Part shown: piece by piece, positions 39,101 through 53,191 of the stretch | How the letters are laid out: the number at the start of each line of letters is the position of its first letter | Numbering within the stretch: the first letter of the stretch is position 1 | Source of the DNA: Takakia lepidozioides | Taxonomy: Eukaryota > Plantae > Bryophyta | Direction: 5' to 3' | DNA: 64,000 nt | NCBI GenBank assembly: GCA_030704615.1 | Contig: CM060732.1 | Span: 66,712,001 to 66,776,000 of the forward strand | The notes under the pieces: model-generated | The model's database searches: none | Told to the model about the DNA's origin: nothing | What the model saw: the letters and a program-made list of their open reading frames with translations, nothing else | Translations under genes and position numbers: made by a program

Positions 39101-40404
39101 ATCTTGGACTTTTCTGTGAAACCACCAGTGAGTATGTGAGCTGCTGTACCTTCAACAACAGGCTGGCCTATCAGGCTACAACCACTAAAACTCATATAAT
39201 TGGGAACAAACTTGATCGATCTACTTGATAGCAATGGTAGGTTTTTGTGTCTGCTGCTCTGAGCAACACTTTCAAGAATGCAATTACCATGAACTATCAT
39301 CCAATGCACACACCCTCTTCATGCCAGCTTCCCTCACAAGCACTCCTAACAGACTCTTGATGTGGCCTCACCTTTATAAACCTGTTGTCCCACCATTGTG
39401 AAGGATCTGAGAAGAACTCATGCCAGAGCCAATCGCTGGTCAACGTTTCGCCTGCATGCAAACATGACAGAGATCTTTTGCTCTCCATATTGCCAGTCTC
39501 TTGTGGGAACTGCTAGCATAGGCTTTCCACAAATTATTGGTATGTTGGACTTGGCCCTAAAGGTATGCAGTGTTTTCAGCCACATCTCTACGCCAACCCA
39601 TGCAACAATACATAATTCACTATCACTGAATTGTCACTGTCTGTCTGTGTGCATGGTGGGTACAAACGTCACTACTGGCTGGGGACCAATCCCTAAAGGG
39701 TATGTCATAGCCAATGTTCACAGGGTGCGGTCAAAGAGTATATCTCTCTGCCCTTATCCATCCCTTGGTAAGACTGTAAATAGTTGTTTGCACAACGGCC
39801 TGACGGCAATAACGTCTATCAAGTATGTGGCAACCATCCCTCCACATTGAGGACACTCAAAATTTGCACCTGTTGAACTACTGAAATTCGTGAGCCCTGT
39901 CATAACTCTCACGCCGAGGAAAATTCGTGGTGTCCCCAACCAGGGTATCCCACACTGCTACGGCCGCAATGTTCCTAATTACCCAAATCTCTCTCTTTAT
40001 GCAATGAGCAGAAAGACATAAAGGTTCTTTCGGTAGATACTACTGAAGAAGAAATTCGAAGGAGGACAAAACCTCAACACCCAAGATGGGCGTAGCATCT
40101 GATGGGATGGGTTAAGCACAAAATGGAGCCCGATGCTCAGACCTAAAAAGTGCACAAAGAACTACAAGTCGCTACCTTTCTCCGCTATCGCTGCAGAGTG
40201 GAGCTGCACTGTAGTCATCACTCGCAAAGGTCTGGGGCTATACTTTGGAAAGCTGCATACCCATTTCAGTTCAACAGGCTGGCCCGTTACTCTGTTGCAT
40301 AATGATCCCGCCTCTTCACCCCAAGGACTGACAAAAGCAGGTCTGCACTGGTCCGAGGGACCGTAGCAATGATAGTCACATCTGGGGCAACCACCCCTCC
40401 ACAT
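36165..40404 (-). CDS. PLS-class PPR-E-DYW RNA-editing factor with N-terminal OSB-type PDF motif
   Basis: Exons 40404-40176 (VELKW), 39451-39372 (LWHEFFSDPSQWWDNRFIK) and 39113-36165 (SPDFRHKRSKEVLWIE...PPWV, P-L-S repeats, PGCS, HSEKLA, CGDCH, DYW). Phases 1 and 0 are compatible. Confidence 0.93.
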
Positions 40405-42833
40405 TGAGTGAACTCAAAACGATTGCACTCCTTGGAACTTGATGCGGGACTTTTGTGGGCTATGCGCGAGCCCTCCCCAAAAGCTGCTGTCTTTTTCCCC
40501 GAAACGAGGGTACCCCAGAGGATCTATGGCCGCACTACCATCAATTACCCATCTCTCCCTCTTGTGAAATGCATGGAACGTCATTTCAAATACTCCAGCA
40601 TCTGCTCAAGGAGGTGACTGAAGGAAGATAAGGGTGTCCATTACACTCCCGTGTGATCATAAACTGACTCCTCGCTTCCGCTAGAAACAATATGAAATCG
40701 ATCTGCAAGCTCAAAAGACACAGCAAACTGCTTGCACTTCAGTACTCCGGCAGGCATCAGGGCAAGCTCTTTCTGGACGATTTCAGCTGCCGCTGGTTGC
40801 TTTTGTGACAGAGAAGACGCCAAGAAATGAGCCTGCCTTGCAGCCAACTACAGACGAATAGCGCTTGTCATCTTCCATGGCACAGTGTTCTTGCCTTTTG
40901 ATTATAACATATCACATCCTTCGTGTATGTATGTGGAGTGAGAGCAAGGTGGTAGCGCGCTGTGTTCTGGACGTTACGTCGAACATCCAGAACTACATTT
41001 GCACAGCTCAGCGAGCAGTTTCTTTGTGAGTTTGCTTTTGCAGCTTTTTACAGAGCAACATCCACACCAAATCAGTGGGAATACTAGTCATCATGGAACC
41101 AAAAGACAAGTCGTGTGGTTGTTTTCAAGCAGATGATCTTTTGGAGGAAGATGCACCAGAAGGTTGAATTTGTCGACAGAAAATGCTTGCACTTTTTCTT
41201 CACTCCCAGGGAAAGGATGGGCGTAGGAGTGCCCCCTGATTAGAAAGGCCAGTCTGATTGTAGTCATTGTCCAGAGAAGTGAAATAGATTGCTTCAGAGA
41301 GAGCACTGCTCTGCTAAGAGAGACTTCAAGCAAGGCAGAAACAAAGGACCTGGGGAGAGAATGAAACCACAAGAAAAAAATTACATCGTCCGTGTGTGAG
41401 GCCTTAGAAAGGATGATAGAATGTCATGTCATTTTCGATCTGAAAGCAAAAGAGATAACATCAGTTATCTACAGAGAAAGGGCTGTACATAATGCAGGAT
41501 CCATCAATCCTCTGTTGATCTTATTGAATGAATGTATGGTCTTCAGCGAGTGATTATAAAACCCTGCACTGTTGTTGGGCACACAAACCACAGAATCGTA
41601 TCGTATATGCATGCACAGGGAACTTATGAGAACACACCCGCCTCCATAGATACTTGTCTTGTGACTTCCCACTTCAATATGAGCTCCCAGTTCCAACTTA
41701 CCTTTCTAATACAAGTAGATCAGAAAGGAGAACTGAGCATTTCAAATTTCTAGAGAAAAACAAACAAACAAACATGACTCCAGCGTTGCGTCTTAATGAG
41801 TCAATCAACGAATACAAGCCAAACCCATTTTCTTGAATACCAGTGACTAACTGCTAAGACTCCCAGCACAAGGGACAAGCTTGAAACAGAAACAGAAGAG
41901 AAAAAGGACACATAAGAAGCCACACATGAACACAGTCCCCATGCCTCTACACAGTCTGCTGAAATAATCCCACTGTATGCATCCAATGACATTCACAATC
42001 CCGCGGTATTTAGTCAGCCCCGACTTGCCCCTCCACTGAACCAACACAGCTGCCAGCTTCAAACTGTCAAACTCCAAACAAAGAGCACAAAGTGATCTGA
42101 AACAGATTCCTTAAACCACATCCCAATTGTCTTGTAGAGGACAAAATTTCAGAAAAGGTTGTAAGGCAGCAGGAATATAGTCAGCATCCGAGTCAGAAAG
42201 GCTAACTACTCACCTTTGCATTAGGAACTGATTCCAACAGCAATCATTAGCACTGTTTCTGTTGGAGTGGGATGGGAAAAAAGTAGATACATCACCAGGA
42301 TCTCTGTTGATTAGGCAGGTATTACAAGCCCTCTGCCCCATTATTTGTAGATAATGCAAGTTGCATAGCACTCCACTCATTATCATTTGAATGAGCCGTA
42401 AAATCTGCCCTTCCAACATCCTCTCTACACAGCCTATCAAGTTCCTATGGAATGCAGAGGTAGCAATCCATTTCTTGCACTACTAACCTGTGAAAATTCA
42501 CAATTCATACTTCTATGTGTGCACACATGCCTAAAAGAGGTAGATTCGGCATGTCTGTAGAGCTGAAAGCGGCGAATAAATCCATCTAGTCTTGCCAATA
42601 TAATCTTGGCAGTCCCTACATGGAGTCAGATACTCTAACCCTAAATCTCCTCCGACCGTTCCACCCAACTTACAAAGCCCCGGTAAGCCACGAAGGAGCA
42701 TAATCCAACAGGAACGCCCACGGGAGAACTTTCCATCTCACCTTACAGAAGAACTAAGTAAGCAGATTACAGAGAACCCACCGAATTGCCCTCATATATG
42801 CCCCACTGCGACGTGCAATATAATACAATCGAA

Positions 42834-43271
42834 TCAGATCCTATCGATGTCCTCATCCTCGAACTCGATGTAATCATCGCCGCCGCCGTCTTCCTCCTCG
42901 TCCATCCCACCCGCAATACCCTCGTTGAGACGCACATTCTCAGGAAGCTCGCCGTAGGCTTTCAGAAGCCTAGCCTCGTCAGGCTGGTACTTCAGAATGA
43001 CATCCGCCTTATCGTCTTGGTAATCCCTGAGCCCCACCAGAATGATGTCCCCCGATGCGATCCACACCTTCTTATGCATCTTCCCTCGGATATGACACAG
43101 CCTTTTCGTCGTATCGATGCACAGCGCCTCGCATCTTCCATTTCCAAGCATTCTCAGAACTTGAGCATACTCCTGGCCGTCCTCTTTGAACACAAGCTCC
43201 CGCTTTTCGTCCTCCGCTTCATTCTTCCCCCTCTTCCGATTCTTTCCTCCCTTTCCCTTATTCTTCGGCAT
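42834..43271 (-). CDS. eIF1A: Eukaryotic translation initiation factor 1A (intronless CDS)
   Basis: [18 protein letters not shown]...[26 protein letters not shown]...acidic tail; ATG at 43271. Confidence 0.98.
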   Translation of the reverse strand: MPKNKGKGGKNRKRGKNEAEDEKRELVFKEDGQEYAQVLRMLGNGRCEALCIDTTKRLCHIRGKMHKKVWIASGDIILVGLRDYQDDKADVILKYQPDEARLLKAYGELPENVRLNEGIAGGMDEEEDGGGDDYIEFEDEDIDRI

Positions 43272-43394
43272 GATGATGCTTCCAAGCAAACGAGCAATCA
43301 AGCAAACGAGCAATCGAGCACCGATGCTCCGCACCCTTGCAAGCAGAGGCTGACAGTCTGCTCCTTGAAGACTTGCGATGCCCTACCAGGAGAA

Positions 43395-43518
43395 AGACGG
43401 ATGAAACCCTTATTCATCCTTTACTGCCAGCTCCTTTCTTTCTCGTCTATGAGCAGACGGATGAAACCCTAAGCCCTTATTCATCCTTTGCTGCCAGCTC
43501 CTTTCTTTCTCGTCTATG
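43395..43518. repeat. Short direct duplication upstream of eIF1A
   Basis: agacggatgaaaccct...ttcatccttt...gccagctcctttctttctcgtctatg is present twice. Confidence 0.8.
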
Positions 43519-44892
43519 GGGTTCTTTGTGCAGTTCTTCTGGGGCAGGTTCAGCTTGAAGATGGACCAGGCAACAATTGGCAAAGACTAGAATGTAATGT
43601 GGGGTGTGAGAGGAGAACATTTTAATCTCATTGCCTTTCATTGTCTGAAGGTTGTGAAGTTCTGCATAGTGCCAATTGATGAGCTTGAAGCTGGTCGAAA
43701 CTCGAATCCCTGGATGCATTGCCAGTTCTTTGGGTTTCAAAGGAGAAATTACAGTCTTAGAATTCACCATACTTAAGGGAGAGAGGTGAGTTTAGAGCAG
43801 GTTTGCATGAAACTGCCGGCTCGCCTCGCTCAAGAAGAAAGAGAGATTTTTGTTTGGAAAAAGGATGATACTTCCATTCTCTAAGTTCACAAACAACAAA
43901 CACACAGGTTTTGGCCACTCGGAGAGAACTCAGGACCAGCTCTGCATCTGTGTATCAATGAGGCACTTTAAACTTGAGCAGATTTACAGGGCATACTGTT
44001 CAATGCAAAGGTTCAGAACCCCACAATGAGAGAGAGAGAGGAGGGACTGGCACAATGGACAAGCTCAACAGAGAGTCTGTCATAGACTTGATATCACTGC
44101 TGGCCATAGTGATTTCGGAAGGCCCAGCCTATCTCCGAGATCAGAGATATGAGAGGAAAAGGGGACAGTACCCGGATCACCCCTCCGTGGTGTTGTTAGT
44201 TGTTACCCCAGCAACTGTAAGAGGAGTCTTACAAGACTGCCAGCCCCTATTTCTGTTTGGATCGAGCAGAATGCTATAGTAAAACATGTGCCCATTCCCG
44301 TTGAAGTAAAGTCCACCCGGAAGATACAATTGCTGATGTTGTCAGAAAATCCACAAGACCCATGATGTCAGCATCATCTGCAAGGCTTTAATAAGTAGGC
44401 TACCTAGCTCCAATCGCCTTCCGTATGGCCTGTAAATAGCTCTGACCAAACAAACAGTTTGCCCTGCCACTATTCAGATGAGATGTAAGAAACAGTATCA
44501 GCAAACCCAGCTGCCCTGTGTTTTCAGTCCCATGCCACTGTGAAGGTCAGCAATGATTGGCTGCCAGGCCACCCTTCAGGGGGTAGTAGGTCCTTGGGAA
44601 GGTACCAGACGCTCTGACTGCTTCTGCCCTGTCTGCACCATCAGCACTTGAAGCTGACTTGTGAAGTATGCAATTTCAATGTTGAGGCAAATCTTCTGAC
44701 AATCGCTCGTTCAGCAATCAATCTCGTCTGGAAGCATGTTGAGCCAAGAAAAACACTTGATGTCTGCATTTGTAGGGACGTCCACAGACATGGTTCATAG
44801 TGGTGTAATGTACCACAACTAAAGTGTCCAGGTAGCAAAAAAGCCTTCCAAAATGATATCTTACATGATTCTCTCCCGTGCGCCTGATTCCA

Positions 44893-47800
44893 TCACAAAA
44901 ACCGGTTTAGGACACTTTTTCTCTGAACAGGTTCTGCTTCTGAGTTCTTTTCCCGCTGATGTGCTGATCTGAGAGCACTGCGTGTGAGTGAGTTCATTGC
45001 CTTGCGAAGTTGTGCAAGGTCTATAAATACATCTGTCACCATCTTTCTCAATGCAGCTTCACTTCCACCATCAACCAAACTGGTGCCTGAAAGACCTTCC
45101 CCGTTTTGAAGAGATGTATCTGTGTCACTATGGATTTGACCATTGGATAGTTGCCCATTGGTTGATGGCTGGACCTTTGAAACTGCCTCATCTTCCTCTG
45201 CAAGCAGCTGTGCCTGCAGTGCAAAAACAAATTGAGCAATTGGCTACTCTCAAGAAATTACTGACTTATTTGTTTTGCTAGAACTACGGCCTGAAGTTAA
45301 GTGCCAACTTCACTTGCTTTGCTCAAACTATTGCCTTCGCCGCTGCAGGCAATAGTTCCAAGAGATCAGATCACCTGCCAGCCCTGAGAAAGGACAAGAC
45401 AAAAGGAGTCGAACATAAAAGATGAAGAAATCGGTCCCAGTCACAACTATCCCAAAACACTACATAGGAAATCCCTGTTTCATAAGAAATTACTGACTTC
45501 ATTTGTTTTGCTAGAACTATGGCCTGAAGTTAAGTGCCAACTTCACTTGCTTTGCTCAAACTATTGCCTTCGCCGCTGCAGGCATTAGTTCCAAGAGATC
45601 AGATCACCTGCCAGCCCTGAGAAAGGACAAGACAAAAGGAGTCGAACATAAAAGATAAAGAAATCGGTCCCAGTCACAACTATCCCAAAACACTACATAG
45701 GAAATCCCTGTTTCATCAACACCCACTTCCAATGAATTCTGCTGGACTACCTTAACACTGAATAGCTCATGCTTGCTATGGTCCCACCTCTGCAAGGAGA
45801 AAGCCCAGACGATTATCCGAGGTTGTAAGAAGGTCAAAAGCATCAGACAAGGCGCCCTTATTGCTAGCATCCCTGTCCTCTTCCTTGGCCAGGAAATCCA
45901 CACTGCACTCTCGTAGCCGTTGCCGCAGTGCTGCCAATTCATGCAAAAACTTGGCTCTTGACACTTTCGTTACCTCTTGCTTCTGCATCTCTTCCCTCAG
46001 TTTGGCCTGGCATGCACCCCCAAGTTTCCACTCCATCAGATCAAGCATCACAAATCCAGAATCAACATTACTCACAACACCTTAGATAGAGCTGAAAAAT
46101 CAGCTTCCTATATCCCGCTTAAGGTCCCTGCAGTGATTGGAATTGGAATCACAGCAGCATGAGTCACAACTGTGAGAAGTAGATGCTACATCACCAAAGA
46201 TAAACTCAGTTTACTGGTACGATGTAAAGGCCAGCCTCAAACGTAACCTGTGCACACTTTTGCTCTCTGGGATGGTCAGTACAGGGACCATGACCACAGA
46301 GATAAATCAGAGTACACATTTATAGGGGATGGCCAATGAGAATAAATCTGTGTCTTGAACGCAAAATTCAAGCCGAACAATCAAGCACCATAATGGAGGT
46401 CTTCGTAGCAAAGGAACCTCAGGGGAAAATATCTCTTCCCTCTGGCATGGTTGTCAAAGAAAGAGGGAAGAACACACACCTCCAGAGCAGCCTTGGCTTC
46501 AAGTGACCGTGCTGCGTCCTGCTTGAGCTGTGGCTGTGCATTCCGGAGAGACCTGAATTCTTTGGCCAACACCTGCCAACCAGCCAACAATTTCTGTAAA
46601 GTTCAGAGAAGCTTAATGACAAATAGGGAAATTAACATCTGAGAAGCCAAAATTCAGCACAGGTAGGTTGTTCTTCCTTGCTCAGAAAAGGCTCATCTTC
46701 AGATGCGTTAATCCTTTCTTAATTCCTAGTAAAGAAACCAGGGTTGTGATTAACTGCTTTTTAAGTACGAGATATCTCAGAAAGTCCTACCAACACAAAG
46801 TGCACCTTGGCATATTTGTGGACTACAAGGAATTCCTTTATAGAGTTACACAATCCCCTCAGATCAATGATGCAAGTCTGCTAAGACCATTAGCTTCAGG
46901 ATATAGCTTGGAAGTGATGAAAGACATCATTCCAAGCCCTCTTATTTGTTAAGGGGACTGCCCGCCCACAACCAACCAATTTGCCGATATACAAGAATGA
47001 TCTCTCTTCATGGACACCTATTCCAATAAACAATATCACCCATTTGACCAGTAAAGATGTCATAGGCATGATAAACAGCTTCATTCACAAGGAGAGTTTT
47101 CATCCATCACATGACACATGCTCTCAGCAGACAAGAGCTGTCCGATTCAGGCAGATGGATGACATGGCTCCGTGGGGGAAAGAGCTACCTTGAGATCAGC
47201 ACGCGCCTGGGCATCTGCAGCATCGTGCTGTTGCTGCACTACTTGCAACTGCTCCCGCATCTCTGCCGCTTCCTTTTCTGCCTGCTTGCGTGCCGTCTCA
47301 GCTTCTTGCAGTCTCTGTTCTAACTCCACTCTCGAATCCTGCAGATACCCATTTGAGTTAAAAATAGAATATGAGTCAATGTGACCGTCAGAGTGATAAA
47401 CAAAGTGCAAGAATGCAATGGAATAGCCACGGATAGCTCATTGTTTCTTTCCTAAAACTTAAGATTGTAAGTGTACGTTGTTTTGTTTAGTGGACTTTAG
47501 TGCTATGTTAAGCTGGGTGCTTTCTTGTGAAGCCGTGTGAGGTTGAGCTGAGTGGTATGCACATTCTTATTGTTCATGTATACACCTGGTTTGATTGAGC
47601 TGTCTCTTCAGCTGTGAGAAGTGTGGCACGACATTCTTCCAGCTCCCATTGCAAAGAGGTCACACGCTCGCGCTCCAATGATACAGCTTGCTGCAACATC
47701 TCCTGACTCTTACGACGCATTCCGTCCAACTCCCCTTCCAGATCCCTCACCTTCACAAATGCAGAAGATCCCTGTTATTCCTTGCTTTTTGCATTTGAGC

Positions 47801-50800
47801 CAAGGGCCACCCAACTTGAAAAGCATACAATACAACATGAACCATTCCTAGCAGAAAAACAATGTGCTTTCTCACAGCCAAAAGAGGTCCGACACCCCAG
47901 ACATGAAGGGCAGAAACCCCCACACAGCAAGGTAACAACCAACACAACAATGAAATGGGTAATGAAATTTAAGGTACAAGCTATCCTGTCCACAACCCTT
48001 TCCTTCCAGCAGTTTCCAAGAGCAAATCAAACATCCCAAACAGATAACCAGCAACATCATTCCAGTGGCAACCATGTATGTAAGCACAGTTATAGGGTCT
48101 CTGAAACAGTCTTGCTGTTATAACTACAGGGTACAACACTTTGAAGTTGATTGACATTACTTTAGACGGCAACGACAAAATAATATAACAGTGCAACTCA
48201 CCTTTGTGGCCAGAAACTCTTTCACAGCAGTCTCCTGGTTCAGCCGCGCAAGCATATCCTCCATGTCCGCCTTGACAACTGCAAGACGTCTCTGCAAAGT
48301 AACCAGCACACGCCTTACTTTGCCCCGTTGGTCTACTGGTAGCAGCACCCCTACCCCTTTCAATGATTCAGATTCTGTGCCCGTTGTGCTTACTCCTTCT
48401 GCACCTGATTCAACACCTGGTAAGTCCCACAAGGAACCTTCCAGAGCCCCATCGATAGAGGCAGCCCGGAGCAGCTCACTTCCCTGAGCTGAACTCGTCT
48501 CACTTACAATACTGTCGTGTGATGGCCTGCGCCTGTGTTGAGGCTCTACTTTCTCACTCCCCATGGTTACCAAGGGAATTTTAAACCTCGGAGTCCCCAA
48601 ACTCACCCCTGCCCGACCTCCTCCATTTGCTGTCCCAACAGGTGGCAACTCTGCAACTTGCGCTGAAATTTCTGCTGGATCCTGCACATTCCAAGTGCAT
48701 TTTCCGCAGTCAACGTCACGATCACTTCTAGCCTTGAAGTATCACCTTTCTTACCCTCCTCACCAGTATGCCAAAAGGTGCTGTGAAAGAAGGGGGGGAG
48801 GGAGGGAAGAGAGAAGAGAAAGGTAAAAAGAGCGAGGAACAGACAGAGATTCACTGATGAAAGCAATGGATGACCTTGGTAGTGCTCATAGAAGCCAACA
48901 ACTTACATTGGCTACCTGAAAATCTCCGCCCGAAAATTCGGATTGCTCCTGTGCACCCAACCCAGCTTCTTCAGCGTCATTCAATGTAGAAGCTTGAGGA
49001 ATGCTCTGAACACGGTCGGTGGCTGTTGCATCAATAATAGCAGCCTGCTGATCAATGGCCAGTGCCTCCATCTCTACCTCCAGACCCCCTTCGCTCACCT
49101 TACTCGGAGTGCCAATGCTTCTTGTTTCATTAGTTGCATCGCTGCCAAATTCCAAGTTTGAAAACCTGCCCGATGCAACTGAGGAACCCCCACCAGTCCA
49201 CGAAAGTACAGCGTAAGGACTTCGCCCCAGCTGGGATTGAGTGGCATCTGTGGGGGGAAGGCCGACAATCACTGGAGCACTTGCTTGCGGTTGTCCTTCC
49301 GATATCGAATTCACCGCTGTCAATGATGAAAGGAGATGCAATGAGAGAAATAGTATTGGAGAGACTTGATTGATTAGTGAACACTGGTTTATGGTTAACG
49401 GTTAAACAGTGCATGAGTCATGGATCCACGGGTTTTAGAAGTGCTAAACCCCTTGCACAACCAACAAGAGGCACTAGTGCTGAGTTGAGTGCCTTAGACC
49501 TGCCCATTGGCATGGGGCTCTGGGTGCTTGAGAATTCTATGGAGCAGCCATAAGAGAAATGCAAGTTTGGTTGCCTGGACTAGATATGGATCAGGACTGT
49601 TGACCTAAACATCCAAAATGGGAGGATATGACGACAAAACAATGCCAGGTCTGGCTCAACCTTGAGAGTAGGTCAAGAAGCAATATCTGTGTATATACCA
49701 GAACGAGCCGCAGCCTCCAGTTCAAGGAAGGAGGCCATGGGAGCACTACGAGATATGTCAATGTTAGCTAGCAGCCTCACCATCCAATCCTCCAAGGCCC
49801 GCCTTCTCTGCACAAAACCACCCACATCTGCATCATTGTGAGAGTACGAAGAACACCATTACAATCAAACCTTGAGCATAAAGTTTGGTACCTCTGCTGC
49901 ACTCAAAGCACAACGAAAAAAGTTAATGCAAAAGAGGGGGGAGATTCCACTCTTCATAAAGACGCCCTCCTAAGAGCCTGAAGGATATTTGTGAGGTGCA
50001 AAACATCTGGAAAAGTGAACATGTACCAGAAAACTTGCATGATGAACATAGGTTATTCCTTGGGAATCTTATGCATGAGTTACATGCCCAACCACAATGA
50101 TACATTCAGACTGTAAAATAGGGGCTAACAGCAAACACCCAGTCTGAGTAAATTCAATGGCCTGTCATTCATACCTCCTGGAGCAGCGAGTGGCTTGAAT
50201 TAATGCGCATCAATGCATGTTTGGAAGGGGCTGCTGGCAGCTGCTTCTTTGGGAAAACACGCTTCAGCTATGCCACAGCACCCACTGTGTCTCTCTCAGT
50301 ACCCTACCAACATCAATACCTTGCAACTATTTTGCAAAGAAAATGCATAGAACCACCCAAACTAGACGTTCAGGGTAGGTAATCCTATAATAACAATGGG
50401 TTTCACAAGATGGATGGAAATAATAGTTAGTAGAAACACTTAAGACGGTTCCTCCCAGGTTCCATTTTAGGAGCAAGGGAGAAAAATCAATCTTACAATG
50501 TTAAGTCTGAAATTATGGCCTGTCCCGAACAGGGAGTGAGAGGAAATAGTGAGAGGGAAGAGGGCAGAGAGAACCAAGAGATACATAAAAGCAAAAAAAG
50601 CAGTTATGCACTTCGACAACCAAACCATTGCAGTCTACCAGGCCTAATGAGTGGTTAAGGAGTGACCGTACCCAGTGGACACCAGAACTGCTTTAAGTTA
50701 GCTGTTTACCGCAGAGAAAAGATGCAAAAAGTCGCTGAAGCGCCTTAGAGTCTCCCGCAGAGTGCTGATGCCGTCTGGGGACTGAATGCCCACTTGCATC

Positions 50801-52339
50801 CTAAAGTACTGCCAGTTCCACCCCCCCACTCCAGGACAAATCAGAAAGAGCAGCAGTATTTCCTCATCAGATGAAATACCCAGAAGTTCAGGTAGATCTC
50901 AGAAAGAAAGGTTACAGAGAGATTAATCGTAACACTTAAAATTACACAGGCTGTAGCCTTGCAGCCATTTATCCCCTTGCATTGAGCTTCCCAGCACCCC
51001 CGGTCAAGGCCATCCCATTTTGCATAATCAGGCTTTAGTTCAAACTCGAGTTGAGAGGCATGAAGAGAGAGCAGTGGAGTACTGCTAAAGAAGGGTTACA
51101 GATAAGCAGTACCACAGTGGGATTGATGAAGGCACCATCAGCAGCCTTTGCTTCCGGCAAAACCACCCATGAAGGAATGAAGACGCAATAACTCCAGCCA
51201 GTGCGAGGGTTGTGTGGCCACACTGTTTGTGCTCCATCCTGTAACATGCAGATACCCACCAAGCATCAGCATTCTCATGTACCCTTGTACCATATATGTT
51301 GGGTTTGATAACCTCAAACTTATCAGATTTCTAGCCAGAGAATAAAGCAACTTTTGAGGAGAGGCGCAGCAATTCAAGCACTCGGATTCTACAAATATTG
51401 ATACAGCTAATGGAGTCTAAGTCTGTGTGACATGTTTCTGAATCACATGGACTGTCTCCCTGGTGAATCCTTGTCTGCACCATTGTTTTTTCAGACCAAC
51501 CTCCCTTAACCTTCATACCATCTCCCTCATCCATACATTCGAGAGAGCATGAATGCATTGTTTCAGGTATTCTGTTCAAACTCAGATTGAATCCACTGAA
51601 CTCCTAGCTCCTGATCTGTGGCATGTATACAAAGTAAGCAGGATTCACAGACTTCTATGTTATCTCATAATTTGCAACCTATCCAATCCAATTCCAACAG
51701 GCATCTTGGAACTGAGCTGGCTTGTTGAATTAGCTGGCTGAAAGTTTAGGTCTCCCCTTCCTACCGTCAGCATGCATCCGATCCTGAACTATGACAAAAA
51801 CAAACGAACGGTTAAGAACTATTCCCCCACAGGTTCCACCTTTCTCCTCCTCCCATGAGCGAGCAAAGTCAAGTGACTCCTCATCCATTTCCAAACTTCA
51901 CCCGATACTATTTTCCTCTCAAACGAAATCAGATTCCCCACAACAATGCCATGTAACCGCACAGGCCGTCTTCGGAATGATGTTCTTCAAAATCGCAAGA
52001 ACCATCATCTTACAATTTGCCTAGAACAATTACTCAGCATCCAGTAAGATCAATACTAACTAGCATATATCCCCTCAAGATCCGACGAACCGACCATCTC
52101 ACCTATTCCACAATCTCATCCTGAGCGCATTAGGTTGGTCAAATCGCCCAGGATCATACAACAGCCCAATGATTCACAGCAAGTACTAAGAATCTAGAAC
52201 TTCAGCTTCAGCGATATTGCAAATCGCAATTTACAGGAACATAACTTACCCATCGTGAAGGTGCCGGGCTTGCATCCATCCCCAGAGGCAGGGGAGAAGC
52301 TCCATCATGTCGATGCCGCGGGGGACTCCTCTCTGCCAT
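44893..52339 (-). CDS. PX-domain coiled-coil protein of the EREX/EREL family (endosomal RAB5 effector-like), multi-exon
   Basis: [64 protein letters not shown]...[38 protein letters not shown]|[19 protein letters not shown]. Stop at 44893. Confidence 0.92.
45252..45716. repeat. Intronic tandem duplication (232 + 233 bp)
   Basis: aagaaattactgactt...gaaatccctgtttcat at 45252-45483 and 45484-45716, with only a few differences. Confidence 0.95.
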
Positions 52340-53191
52340 CTGCCCTCAGCTTAGGGCCACCACCGCCCCGATGGTGGAAAACAAACCGATCACTTGCAGA
52401 ACAAGATTCGATCGAATGAATCCGACCACCCACGATACGTTTCTGAATTTCGCTGGCACAGAATTTGCATGGGAGAGAGAGAATGCACATGGCACGGACT
52501 CATGTGATGATTTCAGTGCCACCCACAACCAAGAAGGCCTCACAGACCACAAAAACTCACCACTTCACAACAATCTGTGCTCTGAGAAGCACGCATGATC
52601 TCATCACCTGCACGCTTGCTGCATCTGTGCAGCAAAATTTATGTCAGATTCGTGAAGAATGTGTTGCGAGAGGCCAAGCAAGCAAAGAGTACCTTTGCCT
52701 TGCGAGACTGGATATACCCTTGCACAGAATTCGTCCATCCAACATTCATTCCAATATACAGTGTCTCGAGTCTCGGCTTCCGAGTCCTTCCAGTGATCTA
52801 ATCTCTTCCAGCGATGGCGATGGCAGCCTGCTCAGAGAGCATACGAGCATACCCAATTCTCGGGAATGGCCGGGAGGCATCTCAGCGTGCAGCAGATCAA
52901 CGGGAGAGAGTAAGGAGCTGAAGTGGAGAGAAACAACTGGGCAATGCCGAGCCCCAGACCCTTGCAATGCGAAAACTGGAACCTTTCCTCATCTCAAGGC
53001 AGGTGTGTATGAGGCGTTTCGAAACTTCTGTTTGTTTTGGTTGTCTAATTTTGGGTGTCTGAGCTATCCAGGCTGCGGACTGTCCTTGACCCATGTTTGC
53101 ACCAATTCTGATGCAAGAAGAGAAGGTCACATGGTATGGCATGTAGGGCTGCAGAAGAACGGGAGTGTAATCGAAACCTTTTCCGTCTTCC

